Source: an uncultured Rhodobacterales bacterium (lineage in GTDB: Bacteria; Pseudomonadota; Alphaproteobacteria; Rhodobacterales; Rhodobacteraceae). From it: a stretch of 63,651 nt of DNA. The notes under the pieces were generated by a model. It was given only the letters and a program-made list of their open reading frames with translations. It was not told where the DNA came from and searched no databases. The stretch is taken from positions 1 through 63,651 of the forward strand of contig CAYUXM010000001.1 of assembly GCA_964448765.1 (NCBI GenBank). The letters run 5' to 3'. Shown here in pieces: positions 19,447 through 31,804 of this stretch (positions within the stretch are counted from its first letter, which is position 1; the number at the start of each line of letters is the position of its first letter). The translations under genes and the position numbers were made by a program.

Positions 19447-20544
19447 TCAGGCGGGGGGCGGGGCCGCGACGGTGCGGAACCGGCCGGGCAGGGTGACCTC
19501 CAGCAATTCGAAATCCGGCGACGGCGCGGCCCAGCGGGTCGCCATGCCGGGCGGGATGACGAAGGCGTCCCCGGCCGTGAGCCGGTAGGGCCGCTTGCCC
19601 TCGCCTTCCAGCAGCATCTCGCCGCTCATGACGAAACCGAACAGGATATCGGCGTCGTGCCGCACCCATTCCGGTGTTCCTTGACCTTTTCGAACAACCA
19701 TCACGCCGGCCACGTCTTTCGTGTTTTCCGCGATCGTGGTGTCGCGCGCCGCGTATCCCGACAGCCGGAACGGGTGCCATTCCCCGGTCGCGCCGACATT
19801 GTGGACGAAGCGCTGGCCCTGCCATTCGCGCTCCGGGCGCAGGTGCGGGGTGGGCAGTGCCATTTCGTGGTCGATCTCGGTGACATGCTCGGCCGGCACG
19901 CCGATCTCGATCACCTCGATCCCGTCCGAGGCCTCGACGACGCGGTGGCGGATCTCCGGCGGCTGGATGAAACAGTCGCCGGGATGCAGCCGCCGGACAT
20001 CGCCCTGGTCCTCGTAGAGCACGTCGACCCAGCCCTTGACGCAGAAGATCAGCTGGAACCCGACCTTGTGGAAATGCACCATGTCGGGCACCGGCCCGCC
20101 GTCGGGGATGCGGATGTGGCTGGCGATCATCGCGCCGCCCAGGCGCGAGGGCACGAGGTCGCGATACTGCATCCCGGCGCGGCCGACGACCCAGGGCGCC
20201 TGGTCGGCCAGCCGGCGGACGACGAAGGCATGTTCGGTCTCGGGCAGGACCAGCGGCGGATTCAGCTCGTCGATCTCCACCCGCGTGCCGTTCGGCGCGG
20301 TCAGCAGCCGCGCGCCATTGGCGACGGCCCCGGGATCCTCGGTCAGGATCCGGATCGTGCCGGGCGGTTCCGCCGCGCCCTTCTCGATCCGGATCCGCAG
20401 CCCGTGGCCCGACAGCACCGCCACCGCCGGATCGTCGGCGGGATAGATCATGTCCAGCCGCATCCCCAGGACGTTCTGGTAGAACGGCAGGTCGTCGCGA
20501 AGCTCCTGCGTGGGCAGGCGGATTTCGGCGCGCGTCTCGGTCAT
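19447..20544 (-). CDS. Cupin (bicupin-like) domain protein
   Basis: This is the 3' 365 codons of the 1235-aa track ORF. It has two cupin-like blocks (HFHKVGFQLIFCVKGW...HPGDCFIQPPEIRH and a second one near the C-terminus). Starts MTETR at 20544. Confidence 0.7.
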   Translation of the reverse strand: MTETRAEIRLPTQELRDDLPFYQNVLGMRLDMIYPADDPAVAVLSGHGLRIRIEKGAAEPPGTIRILTEDPGAVANGARLLTAPNGTRVEIDELNPPLVLPETEHAFVVRRLADQAPWVVGRAGMQYRDLVPSRLGGAMIASHIRIPDGGPVPDMVHFHKVGFQLIFCVKGWVDVLYEDQGDVRRLHPGDCFIQPPEIRHRVVEASDGIEVIEIGVPAEHVTEIDHEMALPTPHLRPEREWQGQRFVHNVGATGEWHPFRLSGYAARDTTIAENTKDVAGVMVVRKGQGTPEWVRHDADILFGFVMSGEMLLEGEGKRPYRLTAGDAFVIPPGMATRWAAPSPDFELLEVTLPGRFRTVAAPPPA

Positions 20545-20682
20545 GGCCCTCTCCCCTCGATGATGGCATGCTGCGCGCGGCGCGTGGCGGTTGCAAGTTG
20601 CGCTTGCGCGCGGTCGCACAAGGCCGCTATTCAGGCGGCAAAAGAGATAGTTCAGCATTGAACTATCCTTCGGGAGGGGCGA

Positions 20683-22962
<2,280 letters not shown>

Positions 22963-22971
22963 GCGCGGCCG

Positions 22972-23036
22972 GGGGCTGCGCGCCCCCGCCGGCAGGCGGC
23001 GCCTGCCGCCCCCGCGGGATATTTCTGGACCAAAAT
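22972..23036 (+). repeat. REP/MITE-like intergenic element, copy A
   Basis: GGGGCTGCGCGCCCCCG...CCCCCGCGGGATATTTCTGGACCAAAAT with an internal GGCAGGC-GGC-GCCTGCC hairpin. Starts 10 nt after the maeB stop. Confidence 0.75.
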
Positions 23037-23147
23037 CCCCTTGCCGGTGCAGGTTAGCGCCAGCCGTGTCTTTTCGGCGAAGGGCGGGCGCTTGCGCACA
23101 CAGGTTGTCGTGATCTATGCAGCGGCGCGAGCGGAGGAGGGCATGCG

Positions 23148-25046
23148 ATGGCATACAATGACGTCTACGGCAGCTGGAAGGCGGATCCCGAAGGCTTCTG
23201 GATGCGGGCCGCGGAGGCGATAGACTGGGTCGCGAAACCCTCGCGCGCGCTGTTCGACGACAACGCGCCGCTATACGAATGGTTCGTCGACGGGCAGGTG
23301 AACACCTGCTGGAACGCCGTCGACCGGCATGTCGAGGCCGGCCACGGCGACCGGATCGCGATCATCCACGACAGCCCGGTGACGCACACCAAGCACGAGA
23401 TCACCTATGCCGAGTTGCGCGACCGGGTGGCCAGCCTGGCCGGCGCGCTGCGCGCCAAGGGGATCGGCAAGGGCGACCGGGTGATCATCTACATGCCGAT
23501 GGTGCCCGAGGCGCTGGAGGCGATGCTGGCCTGCGCCCGGCTCGGCGCGATCCATTCGGTCGTGTTCGGCGGGTTCGCGGCGCACGAGCTTGCGGTGCGG
23601 ATCGACGATGCGCAGCCCAAGGCGATCATCGCGGCCTCCTGCGGGATCGAGCCGGGCCGGGTGGTGCATTACAAGCCGCTGCTGGATGCCGCGATCGAGC
23701 AGGCCGCGCACAAGCCCGCGTTCTGCGTGATCTTCCAGCGCGAGCAGGAGGTCGCGCAGCTGACCGAGGGCCGCGATCATGACTGGCACGCCGTCCAATA
23801 CGGGGTGGCGCCGGCGGACTGCGTGCCGGTCGCGGGCAACCATCCCGCCTACATCCTTTACACCTCCGGCACCACCGGCCAGCCCAAGGGCGTGGTGCGC
23901 CCCACCGCCGGGCACCTCGTGGCGCTGAACTGGACGATGCGGGCGATCTACGATGTCGGCCCCGGCGACGTGTTCTGGGCGGCCTCGGATGTCGGCTGGG
24001 TCGTCGGCCACAGCTATATCTGCTACGCGCCGCTGATCGCCGGCTGCACCACGATCGTGTTCGAGGGCAAGCCCGTGGGTACCCCCGATGCCGGCACCTT
24101 CTGGCGGGTGATCGCCGAACACAAGGTGCGCAGCTTCTTCACCGCGCCCACCGCCTTCCGCGCGATCAAGCGCGAGGATCCCGAGGGCAAGCTGGTCAGG
24201 GATTACGACCTGTCGTCGCTGCGCGCGCTCTACCTCGCCGGCGAGCGGGCAGACCCGGACACGGTGAAATGGGCCGAGGCGCAACTGGGCGTGCCGGTGA
24301 TCGACCACTGGTGGCAGACCGAAACCGGCTGGGCGATCGCCGCCAACCCGCTCGGGATCGAGGAACTGCCGGTCAAGATCGGCTCTCCCTCCGTCGCGAT
24401 GCCCGGCTACGATGTGCAGGTGCTCGACGAGGGCGGCCACCCGGTGCCGGCCGGCACGCTCGGCGCCATCGCGGTCAAGCTGCCGCTGCCGCCGGGCACC
24501 CTGCCGGGGCTTTGGAATGCCGAGGCGCGGTTCCGCAAGTCCTACCTCGAACACTTCCCCGGCTATTACGAGACCGGCGACGCGGGTTACATCGACGAGG
24601 ACGGCTATCTCTACATCATGGCGCGCACCGATGACGTGATCAACGTCGCGGGCCACCGGCTGTCGACCGGCGGGATGGAAGAGGTTCTGGCCGGCCATCC
24701 CGATGTCGCCGAATGCGCCGTGATCGGTGTCACCGACGCGTTGAAGGGCCAGTTGCCGCTGGGCTTTTTGTGCCTCAACAAGGGCTGCAACCGGCCGCAT
24801 GACGACGTGGTGAAGGATTGCGTGCGGCTGGTGCGCGACCAGATCGGCCCGGTCGCGGCCTTCAAGCTCGCCGTCGTGGTCGATCGGCTGCCGAAGACCC
24901 GGTCGGGCAAGATCCTGCGCGGCACGATGGTCAAGATCGCCGATGGCGAGGCCTTCAAGATGCCCGCCACGATCGACGATCCCGCGATCCTCGACGAGAT
25001 CGCGGAGGCGCTGAAGGCGCTGGGCTATCCGGCCGCGGGCGGCTGA
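23148..25046 (+). CDS. prpE: Propionate--CoA ligase (acetyl/propionyl-CoA synthetase family)
   Basis: 632 aa. YGSWKADPEGFW...YTSGTTGQPKGV...WWQTETG...PKTRSGKILR. Confidence 0.8.
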   Translation: MAYNDVYGSWKADPEGFWMRAAEAIDWVAKPSRALFDDNAPLYEWFVDGQVNTCWNAVDRHVEAGHGDRIAIIHDSPVTHTKHEITYAELRDRVASLAGALRAKGIGKGDRVIIYMPMVPEALEAMLACARLGAIHSVVFGGFAAHELAVRIDDAQPKAIIAASCGIEPGRVVHYKPLLDAAIEQAAHKPAFCVIFQREQEVAQLTEGRDHDWHAVQYGVAPADCVPVAGNHPAYILYTSGTTGQPKGVVRPTAGHLVALNWTMRAIYDVGPGDVFWAASDVGWVVGHSYICYAPLIAGCTTIVFEGKPVGTPDAGTFWRVIAEHKVRSFFTAPTAFRAIKREDPEGKLVRDYDLSSLRALYLAGERADPDTVKWAEAQLGVPVIDHWWQTETGWAIAANPLGIEELPVKIGSPSVAMPGYDVQVLDEGGHPVPAGTLGAIAVKLPLPPGTLPGLWNAEARFRKSYLEHFPGYYETGDAGYIDEDGYLYIMARTDDVINVAGHRLSTGGMEEVLAGHPDVAECAVIGVTDALKGQLPLGFLCLNKGCNRPHDDVVKDCVRLVRDQIGPVAAFKLAVVVDRLPKTRSGKILRGTMVKIADGEAFKMPATIDDPAILDEIAEALKALGYPAAGG

Positions 25047-25199
25047 TCCCGTCGCCGGGGCGGCGGAGCAGGCGGCCTGTCCTTTCCGGCAGGTTGGCGA
25101 AATGCAAAGCCCGGCGTAGAACCTCCGCAAGATGCAACGCTTCCTTGCAGTTGGGCCGGGCGGCCGGGCCACGGGCGCGGCCATGCGGCGCGGGCGCGG

Positions 25200-26555
25200 A
25201 TGACGCGGCCCCGCGGCGCCTCGCATGACGACGCGGCGGCCCGCACGCGTGAGCTGCGCGCCGCGCTCGACGACATCGTCGAGGGGCTGCGCCTTGTCGA
25301 TGCCGCGGGGCTGGGCGAGGCCGCGCAGCGCCAGCTTGGCCGGGCGCTGGCGGCCAGCCGCGCGGCGCTGCGGCTGGTCGAGGCCGGCGGCACCGACGGG
25401 CCGGCGGACCTGATCGGCCTGCTGCGCGATCTGGAGGATCGCTGGGGCGGGCGCGCCGCGGCGCTGGACTCGACCCTGGCGCTGTCGGTCGCGCCGGACG
25501 TGCCGCGCTGGCTGCCGCTCGACCAGGTGACGCTGGAACGGCTCCTGTCCAATCTGCTGGCGCATGCGCTTGCCGGCGTGCAGGGCGGCAGCGTGCGGCT
25601 TGCCGTGGAACGCACCGCCGAGGCGCTTGTGTTCACCGTCGCGGATGACGGCGCGGTGCATCTCGATCGCGCCGGCAGCGAGGTGACCCTCGGTTTTGCC
25701 GAGGCGCTGGCCGCCGCGCTTGGCGGGCGGCTGGCGCTGCGGTCCGATCCGGCCGAAGGGCTGAGCGCGCGCCTTGCCCTGCCGCGCGGCGTCTGGGACC
25801 GGCCCGGTCCCGACGCGCGCGACGCGGGCGACCTGTCCGGTCTGACGCTGGCGCTTGTCGGCCTGCCGAGGGCGGAGGCCGCGGCGCTAGCCGATATCGT
25901 GGCCGGGCGGGGCGGCAGCGCCACCTGCCTGTCGCCCGACGCGGTCGCGGAGGCGCAAGCGGGGTCGATCCTCGTGCTCGACGCCGATGCCCCCGGCGCG
26001 GCCGACCTGCTGGCGGCAAGCCGGCACGGCCCGGCCGCGGTGGTGGCGGTGACCGGGGCGATCCTCGCGGTGCATCGTGCCGGGCTTGCCGATGCCGGGG
26101 CCGACGCGCTGCTCGCCCGGCCGCTGCCGGGCCCCGAAATCGTCGCCCGGACGCTGCGATCGGCCCTCGAGACGCGGCAGGCGGCCGACAACGCCGATCC
26201 CGGCCGGCTCGACCCGGCGCGGCTGGAGCGGCTGCTCGACCTCGCCGGGGCCGAGGTGGCCGGCGAGCTTCTGGACCGGCTGGTCGACGACCTCGGCACG
26301 GTGGCGCGTGGCATCGCGGCCGCCGCCCCGGATCGCGACGGCACCGCGCTCAGGGCCCATACCCATGTGCTGATCTCGCTGGCCGGCGCCGTCGGTGCAG
26401 AGCGGTTGCAGCGTCTGGCCGAGGCGCTCAACCTCGCGGCCCATGCCGGCGACGGCCCCGAGATCGACCGCCTCGGGGCGGAAACCACCGGCGAACTCGA
26501 CCGGCTGGTCGCGCTGGTCGAGGCCGTGCGCGCGCAGCGGGCGGCGGCGTCATGA
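25200..26555 (+). CDS. Soluble hybrid kinase-like protein: HATPase_c-like, receiver-like and HPt domains, several motifs degenerate
   Basis: No TM or sensor region. N-box-like LLSNLLAHAL, weak G-box DDGAV, receiver-like ILVLDAD...ADALLARPL, HPt-like LRAHTHVLISLAGAVGAERL. The stop overlaps the next gene's start (ATGA at 26552-26555). Confidence 0.6.
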   Translation: MTRPRGASHDDAAARTRELRAALDDIVEGLRLVDAAGLGEAAQRQLGRALAASRAALRLVEAGGTDGPADLIGLLRDLEDRWGGRAAALDSTLALSVAPDVPRWLPLDQVTLERLLSNLLAHALAGVQGGSVRLAVERTAEALVFTVADDGAVHLDRAGSEVTLGFAEALAAALGGRLALRSDPAEGLSARLALPRGVWDRPGPDARDAGDLSGLTLALVGLPRAEAAALADIVAGRGGSATCLSPDAVAEAQAGSILVLDADAPGAADLLAASRHGPAAVVAVTGAILAVHRAGLADAGADALLARPLPGPEIVARTLRSALETRQAADNADPGRLDPARLERLLDLAGAEVAGELLDRLVDDLGTVARGIAAAAPDRDGTALRAHTHVLISLAGAVGAERLQRLAEALNLAAHAGDGPEIDRLGAETTGELDRLVALVEAVRAQRAAAS

Positions 26556-27958
26556 CCGGTTGGCCGGAACTTTTGCTGGTCGAGGACACGCCGGCGCTGC
26601 AGATGGTCTACCGGGCCGTCCTGACGGGGGCGGGGCACCGGGTCCGCTGTGCCGGAACCGCCGACGAGGGGCTTGCCGCGTTCCGCGAAATGCGCCCGCC
26701 CGTGGTCCTGCTCGACCTGATGCTGCCGGATCGCGACGGGCTCGACCTGATGGGCGAGATGCTGGCGCTGCGCGCGGATGCCGCGGTGATCGTCATCACC
26801 GCCAACGGCTCGATCAACAAGGCGGTGGAGGCGATGCGCGCCGGGGCCTACGATTTCCTCGTCAAGCCCTTCGACGAGACCCGGTTCCTCAACGCGATCG
26901 AGAATGCGCTGGCCTCCGTCGCGCCCGAACCGCGACCCGGCGCGCGTGCCACGCCGGCGACCGCGCCGCCGGGCGAGTTCATCGGCACCTCGCCCCCGAT
27001 GCAGGCGGTCTACGCCAAGATCCGCTCGGTCGCGCGGTCGATGGCGACGGTGTTCATCACCGGCGAATCCGGCACCGGCAAGGAGCTTTGCGCGCAGGCG
27101 GTGCATGAACTGTCGAACCGGGCGCGGGGCCCGTTCATCGCGCTGAACTGCGGTGCGATCCCCTCGGAACTTCTGGAGTCGGAGGTCTTCGGCCATCTCA
27201 AGGGCTCGTTCACCGGGGCGATTTCCGACAAGACCGGGGCGGCGGCGGCGGCCGATGGCGGCACCCTGTTTCTTGACGAGATCTGCGAGCTGGACCCGAA
27301 CCTGCAGACCAAGCTGCTGCGTTTCCTGCAAACCTCCACGATCCAGCCGGTCGGCGCCACGCGGCCGCGCAAGGTCAATGTCCGCATCGTCTGCGCCACA
27401 AATCGCGACCCGCTGGACGCCGTGCGCCGTGGCCGGTTCCGCGAGGATCTCTACTACCGGCTGCACGTGATCCCGATCCCGATGCCGCCGTTGCGGGAGC
27501 GGGGCGGGGATATCCTGGCCATCGCGCAGGCGGCGCTGGCCCGCTGTTCGGCCGAGGAAGGGCGGCGGTTCCGCGCCTTCGACCCGGCGGTGGAGGCGCA
27601 GATGCTGCGCCTGCCCTGGCCGGGCAACGTGCGCCAGCTGCTCAACGTGATCCGCAACGTCGTGGTGCTGAACGACGGCGACAGGGTGACGCTGCCGATG
27701 CTGCCGATCGACCTGCATCACGAGATCGAGCGGGTGGAAACCGCGCCGGCCGGGCCGGCCGCGAACGACCGGCCCGAGATCGCGCTCGACGGGCTGATCG
27801 GCCGGCCGCTGGCCGAGATCGAGCGGCTGGTGATCGAGGAGACGATCGCGCGGCACGGCGGATCGGTGCCGAAGGCGGCGCGGGCGCTCGACATCGCGCC
27901 CTCCACGATCTACCGCAAGATCGAGGGCTGGGCGCGCAAGGACGGCGCGTCCGGCTGA
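26552..27958 (+). CDS. Sigma-54-dependent response regulator, LuxO-like
   Basis: Receiver VVLLDLMLPDRDG...FLVKPFD. AAA+ GESGTGKE. GSFTGA loop. FLQTSTIQPVG...FREDLYYRL. C-terminal Fis-type HTH AARALDIAPSTIYRKI. Confidence 0.88.
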   Translation: MTGWPELLLVEDTPALQMVYRAVLTGAGHRVRCAGTADEGLAAFREMRPPVVLLDLMLPDRDGLDLMGEMLALRADAAVIVITANGSINKAVEAMRAGAYDFLVKPFDETRFLNAIENALASVAPEPRPGARATPATAPPGEFIGTSPPMQAVYAKIRSVARSMATVFITGESGTGKELCAQAVHELSNRARGPFIALNCGAIPSELLESEVFGHLKGSFTGAISDKTGAAAAADGGTLFLDEICELDPNLQTKLLRFLQTSTIQPVGATRPRKVNVRIVCATNRDPLDAVRRGRFREDLYYRLHVIPIPMPPLRERGGDILAIAQAALARCSAEEGRRFRAFDPAVEAQMLRLPWPGNVRQLLNVIRNVVVLNDGDRVTLPMLPIDLHHEIERVETAPAGPAANDRPEIALDGLIGRPLAEIERLVIEETIARHGGSVPKAARALDIAPSTIYRKIEGWARKDGASG

Positions 27959-27963
27959 GCCGG

Positions 27964-28728
27964 TCAGACGAACTGTTCGCGGATCAGCCGTTCCTCGAGC
28001 CCGTGGCCGGGATCGAACAGGATCCGGTGCGCGACCGCGGGTTCGGAGCGGATTTCCACCCACAGCACCTCGCGCACCGACCGGCTGTCGGCATCGGCCA
28101 TCACCGGGCGCTTGTCGGCCTCCAGCACGTCGAACCGCACCAGCGCGGTCTTCGGCAGCAGCGCGCCGCGCCAGCGCCGGGGCCGGAACGCCGCCATCGC
28201 GGTCAGCGCCAGCACGTCCGAGCCGATCGGCAGGATCGGGCCGTGGGCGGAATAGTTGTAGGCCGTCGATCCGGCCGGGGTGGAGACCAGCGCGCCGTCG
28301 CAGACCAGTTCCTCCAGCCGCACCTTGCCATCGACGCTGATCCTGAGCTTCGCGGCCTGCGGGCCGGCGCGCAGCAGGCTCACCTCGTTGATCGCCAGCG
28401 CCTCGTGCACCCGGTCCTTCGTGTCGCCGGCGCGCATCGCCAGCGGGTTGATCACCGCCTCTTCGGCCGCGGCCAGCCGTTCGGTCAGGCCGCCCTCGGC
28501 ATATTCGTTCATCAGGAAGCCGATGGTGCCGCAGTTCATCCCGTAGACCGGCTGCGGCAGCGCCTGGGTGGCATGCAGCGTGTGCAGCATGAACCCGTCG
28601 CCGCCCAGCGCCACGATCACCTCGGCGCGTTCGCGCGGGGCCTGCCCGTAGCGCGCGGTCAGCCGCGCCAGCGCCGCCTGCGCGACCTCACTGTCGCTGG
28701 CGCTGAAATGGATCGGCCCGTCGCTCAT
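27964..28728 (-). CDS. nadK: NAD kinase
   Basis: [11 protein letters not shown]...NCGTIGFL...[17 protein letters not shown]. Starts MSDGP at 28728. Confidence 0.9.
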   Translation of the reverse strand: MSDGPIHFSASDSEVAQAALARLTARYGQAPRERAEVIVALGGDGFMLHTLHATQALPQPVYGMNCGTIGFLMNEYAEGGLTERLAAAEEAVINPLAMRAGDTKDRVHEALAINEVSLLRAGPQAAKLRISVDGKVRLEELVCDGALVSTPAGSTAYNYSAHGPILPIGSDVLALTAMAAFRPRRWRGALLPKTALVRFDVLEADKRPVMADADSRSVREVLWVEIRSEPAVAHRILFDPGHGLEERLIREQFV

Positions 28729-28889
28729 GCTGGTCCCCCGGCTCGCCGCCGGCAGTGTTTCGCGCGGGCCGCGGGAACTCAAGCCCCGGCTCGGGATTTC
28801 GCGCAAGTGATGCAGGGTGTCGGATTCCACTCTTCCGGGGCGCGGCCGGCTCGGCTAAAAGGGCGCGCATTGCAGCCGGAGGACAGCCC

Positions 28890-30185
28890 ATGAACGCCCC
28901 GCATCGCGACGACGGTTTCTTCACCGAAAGCCTCGAGTCCCGCGATCCCGAGATTTTCGGCGCGATCCGCTCCGAACTCGGCCGCCAGCGCGCCGAGATC
29001 GAGCTGATCGCCTCGGAGAACATCGTCTCCGCCGCCGTGATGGAAGCGCAGGGCGGCGTGATGACGAACAAGTATGCCGAGGGCTATCCCGGCCGGCGCT
29101 ATTACGGCGGCTGCCAGTTCGTCGACGTGGCCGAGGAACTTGCGATCGAACGGGCGAAGCAGTTGTTCAACTGCGGTTTCGCCAACGTGCAGCCGAATTC
29201 GGGCAGCCAGGCCAACCAGGGGGTCTATACCGCGCTCCTGCAGCCCGGCGACACGATCCTCGGGATGAGCCTTGACGCCGGCGGTCACCTGACGCACGGC
29301 GCGAAACCCAACCAGTCGGGCAAGTGGTTCCATGCGGTGCAGTACGGCGTCCGCCAGCAGGACAACCAGATCGACTACGACCAGATCGCCGCGCTGACCG
29401 CCGAGCACAAGCCGAAGATGATCATCGCCGGCGGCTCCGCCATTCCGCGCGTCATCGACTTCGCGAAGATGCGCGAGATCGCCGACACGGTCGGCGCCTG
29501 GCTGCTGGCCGATGTGGCGCATTTCGCCGGGCTGATCGCGGCGGGCGTCTACCCCTCGCCGTTCCCGCATGCCCATGTCGCCACCACGACGACGCACAAG
29601 ACCCTGCGCGGCCCGCGCGGCGGCATGATCCTGACCGATGACGAGGCGATCGCGAAAAAGGTCAATTCCGCGATCTTCCCCGGCATCCAGGGCGGGCCGC
29701 TGATGCATGTCATCGCCGCCAAGGCCGTCGCCTTCGGCGAGGCGCTGCGGCCGGAGTTCAAGACCTACCAGGAACAGGTGATCAGGAACGCCCAGGCGCT
29801 GGCCGACCAGTTGATGAAAGGCGGTCTGGACATCGTTACCGGCGGCACCGACACCCATGTGATGCTGGTGGACCTGCGCCCCAAGGGCGTGAAGGGCAAC
29901 GCCACCGAACAGGCGCTGGGCCGGGCGCATATCACCTGCAACAAGAACGGCATCCCGTTCGATCCCGAAAAGCCCACCGTGACCTCGGGCATCCGCCTTG
30001 GCACCCCGGCAGGCACCACCCGCGGCTTCGGCGAGGCGGAATTCCGGCAGGTGGCCGACTGGATCGTGGAAGTGACCGAGGGGCTGGCCGCGAACGGCGA
30101 GGACGGCAACGAGGCCGTGGAGGCCAAGGTCCGCGGCGAGGTGGCCGAGCTTTGCGCCCGGTTCCCGATCTACCCGAACCTCTGA
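28890..30185 (+). CDS. glyA: Serine hydroxymethyltransferase
   Basis: [18 protein letters not shown]...[17 protein letters not shown]...[23 protein letters not shown] precedes the ATG at 28890. Confidence 0.96.
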   Translation: MNAPHRDDGFFTESLESRDPEIFGAIRSELGRQRAEIELIASENIVSAAVMEAQGGVMTNKYAEGYPGRRYYGGCQFVDVAEELAIERAKQLFNCGFANVQPNSGSQANQGVYTALLQPGDTILGMSLDAGGHLTHGAKPNQSGKWFHAVQYGVRQQDNQIDYDQIAALTAEHKPKMIIAGGSAIPRVIDFAKMREIADTVGAWLLADVAHFAGLIAAGVYPSPFPHAHVATTTTHKTLRGPRGGMILTDDEAIAKKVNSAIFPGIQGGPLMHVIAAKAVAFGEALRPEFKTYQEQVIRNAQALADQLMKGGLDIVTGGTDTHVMLVDLRPKGVKGNATEQALGRAHITCNKNGIPFDPEKPTVTSGIRLGTPAGTTRGFGEAEFRQVADWIVEVTEGLAANGEDGNEAVEAKVRGEVAELCARFPIYPNL

Positions 30186-30192
30186 CGGCGCG

Positions 30193-30966
30193 ATGCTGCA
30201 TGGCGTGAGCCACGGCGCGGCGGGCGATGGCCCGCCGCTGGTCATCGCGCATGGTCTGTTCGGCTCGGCCCGGAACTGGAACGTGATCGCGAAACGGCTG
30301 GCCGAGGCGCGGCCGGTGTTGGCCGTCGACATGCGCAACCACGGCGACAGCCCGTGGGCCGACAGCCACGGCTACCGTGACCTCGCCGTCGATCTCGCCG
30401 AGGTGATCGCCGGGCTGGGCGGACGGGCCGACGTGCTGGGCCATTCGATGGGCGGCAAGGCGGCGATGGCGCTGGCGCTGACCCGGCCCGCGATGCTGCG
30501 CAAGCTCGTCGTCGCCGATATCGCGCCGGTGGCCTATGGCCACAGCCAGACCCACCTGATCGCGGCGATGCGGGCCCTGCCGCTCGATTCGGTGGCAAGC
30601 CGCGGCGATGCCGACCGGCTGTTGGCGCCGGCCGTGCCGGACGCATCGACGCGGGCGTTCCTGTTGCAATCTCTCGACATCAAGGCCGATGGCGGCCCGC
30701 GATGGCGCCTCAACCTCGATGTGCTGGAGGCCGAGATGGACAGGATCACCGGCTGGCCCGACGACCTTGACGGCCGGTTCGACGGCCCGGCGCTGTTCCT
30801 GTCCGGCGCGGCCTCCGACTACGTGCGCCCCGAGGCGCGGGGCCGGATCAAGGCCCGGTTTCCCGCGGCGGTGATGGCGAAGATCCCCGGTGCCGGGCAC
30901 TGGCTGCATGCCGAGAAGCCGCGCGAATTCGAAGCTGCTGTCGCGGCCTTCCTCGACGCGGCCTGA
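30193..30966 (+). CDS. Alpha/beta hydrolase (YbfF-like esterase)
   Basis: PPLVIAHGLFGS...RNHGDS...GHSMGG nucleophile elbow...GHWLHAEKP. Confidence 0.85.
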   Translation: MLHGVSHGAAGDGPPLVIAHGLFGSARNWNVIAKRLAEARPVLAVDMRNHGDSPWADSHGYRDLAVDLAEVIAGLGGRADVLGHSMGGKAAMALALTRPAMLRKLVVADIAPVAYGHSQTHLIAAMRALPLDSVASRGDADRLLAPAVPDASTRAFLLQSLDIKADGGPRWRLNLDVLEAEMDRITGWPDDLDGRFDGPALFLSGAASDYVRPEARGRIKARFPAAVMAKIPGAGHWLHAEKPREFEAAVAAFLDAA

Positions 30967-30976
30967 GGGGGCCGGC

Positions 30977-31465
30977 TCAGGCCGGCCGTTTCATCCGCTC
31001 CATCAGGTTCGTCTTCAGCACGAACTGCTGGTAGAGCGCGCCGACGACATGCAGAGCCACCAGCGCAAGCAGCAGCACCTTCATCGTCTCGTGCGCTTCC
31101 GCCGCCGGTTCGACGCCGCCGAACCAGGCCGCGAGGCCGGAGACCGGCATCAGCACCAAAAGCAGGTAAAGCCCGCCATGCGTGGCCTTGGCCACCAGTT
31201 TCAGCGCCGGGTGTTCGGCCTCGGGCGGCGGCGGCGCGCCGCGGCGGGCGCGCAGCGCGAGCCGCCAGATCGCCAGGGCGAGGATCGCGATCCCGCCGAT
31301 CACATGGCCGGCGACGAGCGGATCGAACCCCACCGCGATCCCGTCCTCCACCTTGTCCCAGGCCGCGGCGATGCCGTCATGCAGCACGAACTGCGGCACG
31401 ATCAGCACGGCGACGATCCAGTGCAGCGCGATCTGGGCGCGCGAATACCCCTTGGGCGCGGACAT
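30977..31465 (-). CDS. Cytochrome b561 family protein
   Basis: MSAPKGYSRAQIALHWIVAVLI..., four TM helices with conserved His. GGAGGG RBS precedes the ATG at 31465. Confidence 0.8.
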   Translation of the reverse strand: MSAPKGYSRAQIALHWIVAVLIVPQFVLHDGIAAAWDKVEDGIAVGFDPLVAGHVIGGIAILALAIWRLALRARRGAPPPPEAEHPALKLVAKATHGGLYLLLVLMPVSGLAAWFGGVEPAAEAHETMKVLLLALVALHVVGALYQQFVLKTNLMERMKRPA

Positions 31466-31530
31466 CAATCCCTCCTGTCCCGACGAAGCTGACCGTTGAA
31501 CGCGTGAGACGGGGCTTTCCGTCGGCGGCG

Positions 31531-31713
31531 CTATTCCTCGCGCAGCTTTTTCGCCACGATCCACGAAACCGGAACGGCCGCCGCGAAGCCCAGGACGGCG
31601 GCGACGATGATCGAACGGGTGTCGAACATGTTCATCGTCAGCGCGGCGACGATGACGCTGCCGGCAAGGGTGACGCCGACGAAGATATAAATGAGCAAGA
31701 ACAGGCGAATCAT
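31531..31713 (-). CDS. Small two-TM membrane protein (60 aa)
   Basis: MIRLFLLIYIFVGVTLAGSVIVAAL...IIVAAVLGFAAAVPVSWIVAKKLREE. GGAGGG RBS precedes the ATG at 31713. Confidence 0.5.
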   Translation of the reverse strand: MIRLFLLIYIFVGVTLAGSVIVAALTMNMFDTRSIIVAAVLGFAAAVPVSWIVAKKLREE

Positions 31714-31804
31714 GACACCCTCCGGGGTTGACCGTTGCGGCCACAGGGATGCGGCAGCCGGTTTCGGGCCACCTTGATCCATGTCAGGTGGCGCGCCGGC
31801 GCGC

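Noticed and set aside
25025-28063. 1012-aa minus-strand ORF across the kinase-like/LuxO-like pair
   Set aside because: It is antisense to two genes with clear domain motifs. The product is Ser/Ala/Arg/Pro-rich with no motifs.
28729-28889. Possible ZTP (pfl) or other riboswitch in the glyA leader
   Set aside because: I could not find the conserved ACUGGCG / CCGCCUGGGC elements or any other riboswitch core by eye. Only an Infernal scan could find a divergent example.
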